Positions 1-12,800 of a stretch of 64,000 nucleotides of DNA are shown here, piece by piece; positions within the stretch are counted from its first letter, which is position 1, and the number at the start of each line of letters is the position of its first letter. The position numbers and the translations under genes are program-made. A model generated the notes under the pieces. It saw nothing but the letters and a program-made list of their open reading frames with translations. It had not been told where the DNA came from and searched no databases. The DNA is from Antedon mediterranea (lineage: Eukaryota > Animalia > Echinodermata): positions 21,749,175 through 21,813,174 of the forward strand of contig NC_092677.1 in NCBI RefSeq assembly GCF_964355755.1. The letters are read 5' to 3'.

Positions 1-3000
1 CAGTAGATGACTGAAGAGCTGATAATACTCTATTTATATGAAATAAATAATAAATCAATGAAAAATAATGCCATGCAACTTTGTTTCTGATTTTAAAAAA
101 GGTTCATTTGTTTAGGCCTGTCATTTACAACCCTCAAAATATCTCACCTTCAAAAACAATATTTATTTTCAAATAAAAAAAAAAGAAAAAAAATATCCCT
201 AGAAGTTCGAACCCACTATTGAAATCACTCAAACCTGAGCATTACCCGTTCGCCGCAAACCATTTTATGACTGAAGAGCTGATAATAGTCTATTTATATG
301 AAATGGATGATCAATCAATGAAAAATAATGCCATGCAACTTTGTTTCTGATTTTAAAAAAGGTTCACTTGTTTAGGCCTGACAGTTGCAACCCTAAAAAT
401 ATCTCACTTTCAAAAACAATATTTATTTTCAATTAAAAAAAAAAGAAAAAAAAATACCCGTATAGGTTCGAACCCACTACTGAGAGCACTCAAACCTGAG
501 CATTACACGTTACGCCACAAACCAGTAGATGACTGAGGAGCTGATAATAGTCTATATATATGAAATGAATGATCAATCAATGAAAAATAATGCCATGCAA
601 CTTTGTTTCTGATTGAAAAAAATGTTCACTTGTTTAGGCCTGACATTTACAACCCTCAAAATATCTCACTTTCAAAAACAATATTTATTTTCAAAAAAAA
701 AAAATTAAAAAAAAAATTTCCCTAGAAGTTCGAACCCACTATTGAAATCACTCAAAACTGAGCATTACCCGTTACGCCGCAAACCAGTAGATGACTGAAG
801 AGCTGATAATACTCTATTTATATGAAATGAATAATAAATCAATCAAAAATAATGCCATGCAACTTTGTTTCTGATTTTAAAAAAGGTTCACTTGTTTAGG
901 CCTGACATTTACAACCCTCAAAATATCTCACTTTCAAAAACAATATTTATTTTCAATTTAAAAAAAAAAAAAATCCCTAGAGGTTCGAACCCACTACTGA
1001 AAGCACTCAAACCTGAGCATTATCCGTTACGCCACAAACCAGTAGATGACTGCGGAGCTGATAATAGTCCATTTATATGAAATGAATGATCAATCAATGA
1101 AAAATAATGCCATGCAACTTTGTTTCTGATTTTAAAAAAGGTCCACTTGTTTAGGCCTGACATTTACAACCCTCAAAATATCTCGCTTTCAAAAACAATA
1201 TTTATTTTCAATTAAAAAAAAAGGAAAAAAAATATTCGTAGAGGTTCGAACCCACTACTGCGAGAACTCAAACCTGAGCACTACCGGTTACGCCACAAAC
1301 CAGTAGATGACTGAAGAGCTGATAACAGTCTATTTATATGAAATGAATGATCCATCAATGTAAAATGATGTTATGCAACTTTGTTTCTGATTTTTAAAAA
1401 AGGTCCACTTGGTTAGGCTTGACATTTAAAACCCTTAAAATATCTCACTTTCAAAAACCATATTTATTTTCAATTTAAAAAAAAAGAAAAAAAATATCCC
1501 TTGAGGTTCGACCCACTACTCAGAGCACTCAAACCTGAGCATTACTCGTTACGCCACAAACCAGTAGATGACTGAAGAGCTGGTAATAGTCTATTTATAT
1601 GAAATGAATTATCAATCAATGAAAAATAATGCCATGCAACTTTGTTTCTGATTTTAAAAAAGATCCATTTGTTTAGGCCTGACATTTACAACCCTAAAAA
1701 ATATCTCATTTTCAAAAAAAATATTTATTTTCAATAAGAAAAAAAAAAGCAATATCCCTAGAGGTTGGAACCCGCTACTGAGAGCACTCAAACCTGGGTA
1801 TTACCCGTTACGCCACAAACCAGTAGATAACTGAAGAGCTGATAATAGTCTATTTATATGAAATTAATGATCAATCAATGAAAAATAATGCCATGCAACT
1901 TTGTTTCTGATTTTAAAAAAGGTCCACTTGTTTAGGCCTGACATTTACAACCCTCAAAATATCTCACTTTCAAAAACAATATTTTTTTCAATAAAAAAAA
2001 AAAACAAAATATTCGTAGAGGTTCGAACCCACTACTGCGAGAACTCAAACCTGAGCATTACCCGTTACGCCTCAAACCAGTAGATGACTGAAGAGCTGAT
2101 AATACTCTATTTATATGAAATTAATAATAAATCAATGAAAAATAATGCCATGCCACTTTGTTTCTGATTTTAAAAAAGGTTCACTTGTTTAGGCCTGACA
2201 TTTACAACCCTCAAAATATCTCACTTTCAAAAACAATATTTATTTTAAATAAAAAAAAAAAAAAAGAATATCCGTAGAGGTTCGAACCCACTAGTGAGAG
2301 CACTCAAACTTGAGCATTACCCGTTACGCCACAAACCAGTAGATAACTGAAGAGCTGATAATAGTCTATTTATATGAAATGAATGATCAATCAATGAAAA
2401 ATAATGCCATGCAACTTTGTTTCTGATTTTAAAAAAGGTCCACTTGTTTAGGCCTGACATTTACAACCCTCAAAATATCTCACTTTCAAAAACAATATTT
2501 TTTTCAATAAAAAAAAAAAAGAAAAAAAATATTCGTAGAGGTTCGAACCCGCTACTGCGAGAACTCAAACCTGAGCATTACCCGTTACGCCTCAAACCAG
2601 TAGATGACTGAAGAGCTGATAATACTCTATTTATATGAAATTAATAATAAATCAATGAAAAATAATGCAATGCAACTTTGTTTCTGATTTTAAAAAAGGT
2701 TCACTTGTTTAGGCCTGATATTTACAACCCTCAAAATATCTCACTTTCAAAAACAATATTTATTTTAAATAAAAAAAAAAGAAACAAAATACCCGAAGAG
2801 GTTCGAACCCACTAGTGAGAGCACTCAAACTTGAGCATTACCCGTTACGCCACAAACCAGTAGATGACTGAAGAGCTGACAATACTCTATTTATATGAAA
2901 TAAATAATAAATCAATGAAAAATAATGCCATGCAACTTTGTTTCTGATTTTAAAAAAGGTCCACTTGTTTAGGCCTGACATTTACAACCCTCAAAATATC

Positions 3001-5279
3001 TCACTTTCAAAAACCATATTTATTTTCAATTTAAAAAAAAAAAGAAAAAAAATATCCCTAGAGGTTCGACCCACTACTCAGAGCACTCAAACCTGAGCAT
3101 TACCCGTTACGCCACAAACCAGTAGATGACTGAAGAGCTGATAATAGTCTATTTATATGAAATGAATGATCAATCAATGAAAAATAATGCCATGCAACTT
3201 TGTTTCTGATTTAAAAAAAGGTTCACTTGTTTTGGACTGACATTTACAACCCTAAAAATATCTCACTTTCAAAAACAATATTTATTTTCAATTTAAAAAA
3301 AAAAAGAAAAAAAATATCCCTAGAGTTTCGACCCACTACTCAGAGCACTCAAACCTGAGCATTACCCGTTACGCCACAAACCAGTAGATGACTGAAGAGC
3401 TGATAATAGTCTATTTATATGAAATGAATGATCAATCAATGAAAAATAATGCCATGCAACTTTGTTTCTGATTTTAAAAAATATCCATTTGTTTAGGCCT
3501 GACATTCAAAACCCTAAAAATATCTCATTTTCAAAAAAAATATTTATTTTCAATAAGAAAAAAAAAAGCAATATCCCTAGAGGTTCGAACCCACTACTGC
3601 GAGAACTCAAACCTGAGCATTACCCGTTACGCCTCAAACCAGTAGATGACTGAAGAGCTGATAATACTCTATTTATATGAAATGAATGATCAATCAATGA
3701 AAAATAATGCCATGCAACTTTGTTTCTGATTTAAAAAAAGGTTCACTTGTTTAGGCCTGACATTTACAACCCTAAAAATATCTCACTTTAAAAAACAATA
3801 TTTATTTTCAATTTAAAAAAAAATCCCTAGAGGTTCGAACCCACTACTGAGAGAACTCAAACCTGAGCATTATCCGTTACGCCACCAACCAGTAGGTGAC
3901 TGAGGAGCTGATAATAGTCTATTTATATGAAATAAATGATCAATCAATGAAAAATAATGCCATGCAACTTTGTTTCTGATTTTAAAAAAGGTTCACTTGT
4001 TTTGGCCTGACATTTACAACCCTCAAAATATCTCACTTTCAAAAACAATATTTTTTCAATTAAAAAAAAAAAGAAATAAAATATCAGTAGAGGTTTGAAC
4101 CCACTAGTGAGAGCACTCAAACTTGAGCATTACCCGCTACGCCACAAACCAGTAGATGACTGAAGAGCTGATAATACTCTATTTATATGAAATAAATAAT
4201 AAATAAATGAAAAATAATGCCATGCAACTTTGTTTCTGATTTTAAAAAAGGTTCATTTGTTTAGGCCTGACATTTACAACCCTCAAAATATCTCACTTTC
4301 AAAAACCATATTTATTTTCAATTTAAAAAAAAAAGAAAAAAAATATCCCTAGAGGTTCGACCCACTACTCAGAGCACTCAAACCTGAGCATTACCCGTTA
4401 CGCCACAAACCAGTAGATGACTGAAGAGCTGATAATAGTCTATTTATATGAAATGAATGATCAATCAATGAAAAATAATGCCATGCAACTTTGTTTCTGA
4501 TTTAAAAAAAGGTTCACTTGTTTTGGACTGACATTTACAACCCTAAAAATATCTCACTTTCAAAAACAATATTTATTTTCAATTTAAAAAAAAAAATCCC
4601 TAGAGGTTCGAACCCACTACTGAGAGAACTCAAACCTGAGCATTATCCGTTACGCCACCAACCAGTAGGTGACTGAGGAGCTGATAATAGTCTATTTATA
4701 TGAAATAAATGATCAATCAATGAAAAATAATGCCATGCAACTTTGTTTCTGATTTTAAAAAAGGTTCACTTGTTTTGGCCTGACATTTACAACCCTCAAA
4801 ATATCTCACTTTCAAAAACAATATTTTTTCAATTAAAAAAAAAAAAAGAAATAAAATATCAGTAGAGGTTTGGACCCACTAGTGAGAGCACTCAAACTTG
4901 AGCATTACCCGCTACGCCACAAACCAGCAGATGACTGAAGAGCTGATAATACTCTATTTATATGAAATAAATAATAAATCAATGAAAAATAATGCCATGC
5001 AACTTTGTTTCTGATTTTAAAAAAGGTTCATTTGTTTAGGCCTGACATTTACAACCCTCAAAATATCTCACTTTCAAAAACCATATTTATTTTCAATTTA
5101 AAAAAAAAAGAAAAAAAATATCCCTAGAGGTTCGACCCACTACTCAGAGCACTCAAACCTGAGCATTACCCGTTACGCCACAAACCAGTAGATGACTGAA
5201 GAGCTGATAATAGTCTATTTATATGAAATGAATGATCAATCAATGAAAAATAATGCCATGCAACTTTGTTTCTGATTTA
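1..5279. repeat. ~260-bp tandem satellite, block 1 (~20 units), each unit with a minus-strand tRNA-derived cassette
   Basis: Motif aataatgccatgcaactttgtttctgatt...ggttcgaacccactact...cgccacaaaccagtagatgactgaagagctgat recurs every ~259-262 bp; array runs off the left edge. Confidence 0.98.
974..1040 (-). pseudogene. Representative tRNA-derived (tRNA-Gln-like) Pol III cassette of the satellite unit
   Basis: Unit consensus on the minus strand: GGTTTGTGGCGTAACGGGTAATGCTCAGGTTTGAGTGCTCTCAGTAGTGGGTTCGAACCTCTAGGGA, then oligo-T. A-box-like TGGCGTAACGG and B box GGTTCGAACC are present. The 5' half resembles metazoan tRNA-Gln(TTG). Acceptor and anticodon stems do not pair well, so not a functional tRNA. 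Confidence 0.7.
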
Positions 5280-5695
5280 AACAAGCACGAATGTGCAATA
5301 CTCGGGGAACAGCGAAAGAAGCTGTAATGACGTCATAAGACCGGATGTAACGTCACATACACATCAAAAACCGCGCTACCAAATACGGCTATACGATACC
5401 ATCTTCGAGACGTCATATGGCTGCATCCGGTATGAAATTAAAAAATCCGGCTCTCTATAGCTTTGAGGACATGTCCCTGTAGTATATTCATGCTAAATCC
5501 GAGCTCAATACTACAACGAATAAGGGAGGAGTAGTACTTTATAAATTGCACTTTTTGCTCAATAGTGTCCGGATGGAAGAAGAAGAGGAAAAGATGAGAG
5601 AGTCCTAGACTCAGGTACCCCGACTAATAAAACGATATATACTCTATATCATTTTACGTATACAGTATATTTCACCATAAAGTTAAAGAAAAATA

Positions 5696-5768
5696 GGTTT
5701 CGCCAGGGCTCGAACCGGGACCTTCTGCGAGTTAAGCAGACTTGACAACCACTACACTACTACGAAAG
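5696..5768 (-). pseudogene. tRNA-Val(AAC)-derived copy, degenerate
   Basis: Reverse complement matches the tRNA-Val scaffold (GTAGTGTAGTGGTT...TCTGCTTAACTCGCAGAAGGTCCCGGTTCGAGCCCTGGCGAAACC) with a small duplication at the 5' end. Confidence 0.75.
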
Positions 5769-5982
5769 TTCTTACACCAAAAATGTGTGTTACACAAAGT
5801 TTTTTAATCCATTTAAATTACAAATAAATTATTATGTAATAAGCACAAAGCAAGATAAACATGTGTAAAAGTGATAATTACCGATTACACAAAATAAATA
5901 TTTTTTAAAATAATAAAAATAAGATATACTGTAAATCATATTACCTTATCAGTACTTTTTACCATAAAGTTGAAAAAAAAAA

Positions 5983-6066
5983 GGTTTCGCCCGGGCTCGA
6001 ACCGGGGACCTTCTGCGTGTTAAGCAGACGTGATAAGCAGACGTGATAACCACTACGCCAAGAAGC
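5983..6066 (-). pseudogene. tRNA-Val(AAC)-derived copy with internal duplication
   Basis: tRNA-Val scaffold with duplicated taagcagacgtga; oligo-T follows on the minus strand. Confidence 0.75.
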
Positions 6067-6218
6067 CGCATATAACTACATAACGCTGTGGTGTGTGTCA
6101 CACATTGTGGCTTCTTAATTAAACAAATTAATTAACAAAAAAGCACGAATGTGCAATACTCGGGGTACAGCGAAAGAAGCTGTATACAGACGTATACAGT
6201 TTGAAAGTAAAGAAAAAT

Positions 6219-6290
6219 AGGTTTCGCCAGGGCTCGAACCGGGACCTTCTGCGTGTTAAGCAGACTTGACAACCACTACACTACGAAACC
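6219..6290 (-). tRNA. tRNA-Val(AAC)-like, near intact (probably a TE-borne pseudogene)
   Basis: Acceptor GGTTTCG/CGAAACC pairs fully; anticodon arm TCTGC-TTAACAC-GCAGA; T-loop TTCGAGC; mismatches in D and T stems. Confidence 0.7.
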
Positions 6291-6504
6291 TCTTACATTA
6301 AAAATGTGGGTTACAGAAAGTTTTTTAATCCATTTAAATTACAAATAAATGGTAATAAGCACAAAGCAAAATAAACATGTGTAAAAGTGATAATTACCGA
6401 TTACACAAAATAAGTATTTAAAAAAATAATAAAAATAAAATATACTCTGTATAATTATCATATTGCGTATACAGTACTTTTCACCATAAAGTTTAAAAAA
6501 AAAA

Positions 6505-6576
6505 GGTTTCGTCCGGGCTCGAACCAGGTACCTTCTGCTTGTTAAGCAAACGTGATAACCACTACGCCAAGAAGCC
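6505..6576 (-). pseudogene. tRNA-Val-derived copy, degenerate
   Basis: Same scaffold with broken acceptor and anticodon stems; ~285-bp spacing from the previous copy. Confidence 0.7.
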
Positions 6577-6581
6577 GCATA

Positions 6582-7408
6582 TTATACAAATAATGAATGT
6601 TTATGAGTGTAATGGTACAAATAATGGCACTTGGTGAATGATGAAAGGTTATATCAACGAGGCAAAGCCGAGTTGATATAACCTTTCATCATTCACCAAG
6701 TGCCATTATTTGTACCATTACACGAATACAAAACATTCATTATTTGTTTTATATAACATCTAAATAAATTCTAGTTATTTGAATCAAATAAAAGGTAGCC
6801 CTAACCAAAGCTTACTACATTTCATTCACACACATTTGATTAAAAACAGTAACATTTGGTTTTTAATAATGTTATATTAAATGTTATATTTATATGGATT
6901 TCGTAAACACACCTACTTTTGTGTTAATTATGTCAACAAACGACCAAACAATCCTAGGCCTAGCAAGGCTAAAACGCCTAGGCTAGGCCTAGCCTAATAC
7001 TAGCATGGCCTAAGGCTAGGCCTAGACCTAGTAGCCTAGTACTAGCTTGGCTGAAAGGCAAAACATCGACAGACAATTGGAACTTATCTAAGCTAATTAT
7101 GGTTTTTCCAACAATTCCACGTCTTGTAGGGATGTCCCCATTAATTAATCAAAATCCTAAAAACGATCTAAAGCTAATTTAAATGCCTTTTTACAAAGGT
7201 GGCGCTGTTGTATTTCACAGTACATAGCCATATCATAGGATAATTTGTGTACTAGATTTTTTTTCATCCGCGAGACGATTTTTTTTTCGTACACAAAAAT
7301 GTTTCAAAAAGTACTATTTAACGATCGTTGAATAGTGCGTACTATTGCACGCCATGTGACCCACAATCATCCAATCAAATGACAGGAATTTATTTAGGTG
7401 TTATATAA
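6582..7408. mobile_element. Non-autonomous Crypton-like element with a ~160-bp hairpin, inserted in HINE F1
   Basis: Absent from the sister copy (uninterrupted at ~47570-47585). Near-perfect palindrome 6588-6745 centred on CGAGGCAAAGCCGAG. Second IR tataacatctaaataaattc (~6752) / gaatttatttaggtgttata (~7386). No clear TSD. The Crypton assignment rests on recalled architecture. Confidence 0.6.
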
Positions 7409-7667
7409 AACCATATAACTACATAACGCTGTGGTGTGTGTCACACATTGTGGCTTCTTAATTAAACAAATTAATTAACAAAAAATTAAAAATCCGGCTC
7501 TATAGATTTGAGAACATGTCCCTGTAGTATATTCATGCCAAATCCCAGCTCAATACTACAACGAATAAGGGAGGAGTAGTACTTTAAAAATCGCACTTTT
7601 TACTCAATAGTGTCCAGATGGTGGAGGAGAAAATGAGTAAGTACTAGACTCGGGTACCCCGAGTAAA

Positions 7668-8668
7668 AAATATCCATTTGTTTAAGCCTGACATTCACAA
7701 CCCTAAAAAATATCTCATTTTCAAAAAAAATATTTATTTTCAATAAGAAAAAAAAAGCAATATCCCTAGAGGTTCGAACCCACTACTGCGAGAACTCAAA
7801 CCTGAGCATTACCCGTTACGCCTCAAACCAGTAGATGACTGAAGAGCTGATAATACTCTATTTATATGAAATTAATAATAAATCAATGAAAAATAATGCC
7901 ATGCAACTTTGTTTCTGATTTTAAAAAAGGTTCACTTGTTTAGGCCTGACATTTACGACCCTCAAAATATCTCACTTTCAAAAACAATATTTATTTTAAA
8001 TAAAAAAAAAAAGAAACAAAATATCCGTAGAGGTTCGAACCCACTAGTGAGGGCACTCAAACTTGAGCATTACCCGTTACGCCACAAACCAGTACCGTAG
8101 ATGACTGAAGAGCTGATAATACTCTATTTATATGAAATAAATAATAAATCAATGAAAAATAATGCCATGCAACTTTGTTTCTGATTTTAAAAAAGGTCCA
8201 CTTGTTTACGCATGATATTTACAACCCTCAAAATATCTCACTTTCAAAAACCATATTTATTTTCAATTTAAAAAAAAAAGAAAAAAAACATCCCTAGAGG
8301 TTCGACCCACTACTCAGAGCACTCAAACCTGAGCATTACCCGTTACGCCACAAACCAGTAGATGACTGAAGAGCTGATAATAGTCTATTTATATGAAATG
8401 AATGATCAATCAATGAAAAATAATGCCATGCAACTTTGTTTCTGATTTTAAAAAAGGTTCACTTGTTTTGGCCTGACATTTACAACCCTCAAAATATCTC
8501 ACTTTCAAAAACAATATTTTTTACATTAAAAAAAAAAAAGAAATACAATATCAGTAGAGGTTCGAACCCACTAGTGAGAGCACTCAATCTTGAGCATTAC
8601 CCGCTACGCCACAAACCAGTAGATGACTGAAGAGCTGATAATACTCTATTTATATGAAATAAATAATA
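7668..8668. repeat. ~260-bp satellite, block 2 (~4 units)
   Basis: Same unit as block 1; resumes mid-unit after the insertion. Confidence 0.97.
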
Positions 8669-9892
8669 AACTAGATTTGAACTCGTCACTACGGACGAGT
8701 TAGGTTATCCGCGGTGCAAAAGCCACGTGCACGTCATACGTTAGAATAGTGCGCGCAAAAAAATAAAACGATTATGGCATTGAAAAATGTTAGTGCGCTC
8801 TCTATGTTGCGTCGCGTCTAAGTATATACGGTATAACACTATATACTGTATACGTACTACATACAGTGCAGAATAGGTGAAAATAAGTGACCAAAGTTAT
8901 TGACGCATTTGAACATGATGACGTCATCACAATTTTTAAAATGGTGGATCATGCGAAAGGTAATTGATTGATCTAGACAATATAAAAAAATTGAGTGTAA
9001 TGGAATAAGGATAAGTAGAGATGCGCTCTATTAAATTGACGAGCTATGACAAAATAGAAAAAAATCCTATATTTTATATTCGGGTGGCCATACGATGACG
9101 TCACAATGTCTGGTTAGCCATATCAATGCATGATTCGAGGAAAACAACTCATCTACTTCCAGAATCTGAAATGTTAAATATTTTCACCTCGGAGTTTAGA
9201 ATCTATGACTTTTTAAAAAAAGGCATAATTTTCACAAATTTTTGAACTTTTTCATCAAAAACGCGCGCAAATTGTTCAATTCTACGTGCTCGTATGACGT
9301 GATTTTAAGTCGAAATTGATTGAAAATTGGTAAATGTACTAGAAAAGGCAGAAAAAACAAAAATCAAGCAAAAAAAAGATGTTTTTGCGCTACGTGCGCA
9401 CGCGCGCGTAAAAATATGCACACGCGTGGGAATTTTTGAAATGCTCAAAATGACCTGAAACGCGTAGAAAGTTGATTAGAAATGAATTTTTCGCAATTTG
9501 AAATTTTAAACGCGCGTGCGCGCGTAACTTTATGTCAAACATGCCATTTTTAATCCATAGAAAGTTTGCCCTTGATATGACTTAAATGTTCACCAAGTGT
9601 CATTACAAAATAACTTTTGCTTTTTAGTCTATGTTAAATACGCGAAATTCATAAAATCGCGCGTAGCTTACGCTGCGCGACTCTAAAGTAAAAAAACGAG
9701 CTGTCCTGCACTTCTACACATAGAAGTAAATCTTCTGACAAAGTTATACGATGTAATGTTGATCAGAATTTGAGATACACGTGACACAAAATTTTGGGAA
9801 AGAAAGAAGAATAACATAGAAAAAAAAAAAAAAAAAAAAAAAAAAAGATCCTGACAATAACAAGAGGTTATCCGCCAAGTGCGGATAACCAA
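8669..9892 (-). mobile_element. HINE family F2, complete ~1.2-kb copy
   Basis: Left end AACTAG + hairpin AACTCGTC-actacg-GACGAGTT + subTIR GGTTATCCGC; right end palindrome GGTTATCCGC-caagt-GCGGATAACC. Inserted in an A-run of a satellite unit. Close sister at 48583-49803. Confidence 0.85.
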
Positions 9893-12800
9893 TAAATGAA
9901 AAATAATGCCATGCAACTTTGTTTCTGATTTTAAAAAAGGTTCATTTGTTTAGGCCTGTCATTTACAACCCTCAAAATATCTCACCTTCAAAAAAAATAT
10001 TTATTTTCAATAAAAAAAAAAAGAAAAGAAATATCCCTAGAGGTTCGAACCCACTACTGCGAGCACTCAAACTTGAGCATTACCCGTTACGCCTCAAACC
10101 AGTAGATGACTGAAGAGCTGATAATACTCTATTTATATGAAATGAATAATAAATCAATGAAAAATAATGCCATGCAACTTTGTTTCTGATTTTAAAAAAG
10201 GTTCACTTGTTTAGGCCTGACATTTACAACCCTCAAAATATCTCACCTTCAAAAACAATATTTATTTTCAAATAAAAAAAAAAGAAAAAAAATATCCCTA
10301 GAAGTTCGAACCCACTATTGAAATCACTCAAACCTGAGCATTACCCGTTCGCCGCAAACCATTTTATGACTGAAGAGCTGATAATAGTCTATTTATATGA
10401 AATGGATGATCAATCAATGAAAAATAATGCCATGCAACTTTGTTTCTGATTTTAAAAAAGGTTCACTTGTTTAGGCCTGACAGTTGCAACCCTCAAAATA
10501 TCTCACTTTCAAAAACAATATTTATTTTCAATTAAAAAAAAAATAAAAAAAAAATACCCGTATAGGTTCGAACCCACTACTGAGAGCACTCAAACCTGAG
10601 CATTACACGTTACGCCACAAACCAGTAGATAACTGAGGAGCTGATAATAGTCTATATATATGAAATGAATGATCAATCAATGAAAAATAATGCCATGCAA
10701 CTTTGTTTCTAATTGAAAAAAATGTTCACTTGTTTAGGCCTGACATTTACAACCCTCAAAATATCTCACTTTCAAAAACAATATTTTTTCAATTAAAAAA
10801 AAAAAGAAATAAAATATCAGTAGAGGTTCGAACCCACTAGTGAGAGCACTCAAACTTGAGCATTACCCGTTACGCCACAAACCAGTAGATGACTGAAGAG
10901 CTGATAATACTCTATTTATATGAAATAAATAATAAATCAATGAAAAATAATGCCATGCAACTTTGTTTCTGATTTTAAAAAAGGTCCACTTGTTTAGGCC
11001 GGATATTTACAACCCTCAAAATATCTCACTTTCAAAAACCATATTTATTTTCAATTTAAAAAAAAAAGAAAAAAAATATCCCTAGAGGTTCGACCCACTA
11101 CTCAGAGCACTCAAACCTGAGCATTACCCGTTACGCCACAAACCAGTAGATGAGTGAAGAGCTGATAATAGTCTATTTATATGAAATGAATGATCAATCA
11201 ATGAAAAATAATGCCATGCAACTTTGTTTCTGATTTTAAAAAAGGTCCACTTGTTAAGGCCTGACATTTACAACCCTCAAAATAACTCACTTTCAAAAAC
11301 CATATTTATTTTCAATTTAAAAAAAAAAGAAAAAAAATATCCCTAGAGGTTCGACCCACTACTCAGAGCACTCAAAACTGAGCATTCAAAACTGAGCATT
11401 ACCCGTTACGCCACAAACCAGTAGATGACTGAAGAGCTGATAATAGTCTATTTATATGAAATGAATGATCAATCAATGAAAAATAATGCCATACAACTTT
11501 GTTTCTGATTTTAAAAAAGACCCATTTGTTTAGGCCTGACATTCACAACCCTAAAAAATATCTCATTTTCAAAAAAAATATTTATTTTCAATAAGAAAAA
11601 AAAAGCAATATCCCTAGAGGTTGGAACCCGCTACTGAGAGCACTCAAACCTGGGTATTACCCGTTACGCCACAAACCAGTAGATAACTGAAGAGCTGATA
11701 ATAGTCTATTTATATGAAATCAATGATCAATCAATGAAAAATAATGCCATGCAACTTTGTTTCTGATTTTACAAAAGGTTCACTTGTTTAGGCCTGACAG
11801 TTGCAACCCTCAAAATATCTCACTTTCAAAAACAATATTTATTTTCAATTAAAAAAAAAATATCCTTACAGGTTGGAACCCGCTACTGAGAGCACTCAAA
11901 CCTGGGTATTACCCGTTACGCCACAAACCAGTAGATAACTGAAGAGCTGATAATAGTCTATTTATATGAAATTAATGATCAATCAATGAAAAATAATGCC
12001 ATGCAACTTTGTTTCTGATTTTAAAAAAGGTTCACTTGTTTAGGCCTGACATTTACAACCCTCAAAATATCTCACTTTCAAAAACAATATTATTTTCAAT
12101 TAAAAAAAAGAAAGAAACAAAATATCAGTAGAGGTTCGAACCCACTAGTGAGAGCACTCAAACTTGAGCATTACCCGTTACGCCACAAACCATTAGATGA
12201 CTGAAGAGCTGATAATACTCTATTTATATGAAATAAATAATAAATCAATGAAAAATAATGCCATGCAACTTTGTTTCTGATTTTAAAAAAAGTCCACTTG
12301 TTTAGGCCTGACATTTACAACCCTCAAAATATCTCACTTTCAAAAACCATATTTATTTTCAATTTAAAAAAAAAAAGAAAAAAAATATCCCTAGAGGTTC
12401 GACCCACTACTCAGAGCACTCAAACCTGAGCATTACCCGTTACGCCACAAACCAGTAGATGACTGAAGAGCTGATAATAGTCTATTTATATGAAATGAAT
12501 TATCAATCAATGAAAAATAATGCCATGCAACTTTGTTTCTGATTTTAAAAAAGGTCCACTTGTTTAGGCCTGACATTTACAACCCTCAAAATATCTCACT
12601 TTCAAAAACCATATTTATTTTCAATTGAAAAAAAAAAGAAAAAAAATATCCCTAGAGGTTCGACCCACTACTCAGAGCACTTAAAACTGAGCATTACTCG
12701 TTACGCCACAAACCAGTAGATGACTGAAGAGCTGATGTTTGTTTCTGATTTTAAAAAAGGTCCACTTGTTTAGGCCTGACATTTACAACCCTCAAAATAT

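Larger units (their letters stand above)
5280..7667 (-). mobile_element. Composite non-autonomous Helentron-type element (HINE/DINE-1-like, family F1) carrying tRNA-Val copies
   Basis: Inserted into the A-run of a satellite unit (tttctgattta|...|aaaatatccatt). Subterminal IR TACTCGGGGTAC/GTACCCCGAGTA, terminal hairpin GCACGAATGTGC (5285 and again ~6142), palindromic 5' ends at ~5608-5628 and ~7645-7667. Inverted sister copy at 47313-48020. Confidence 0.8.
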
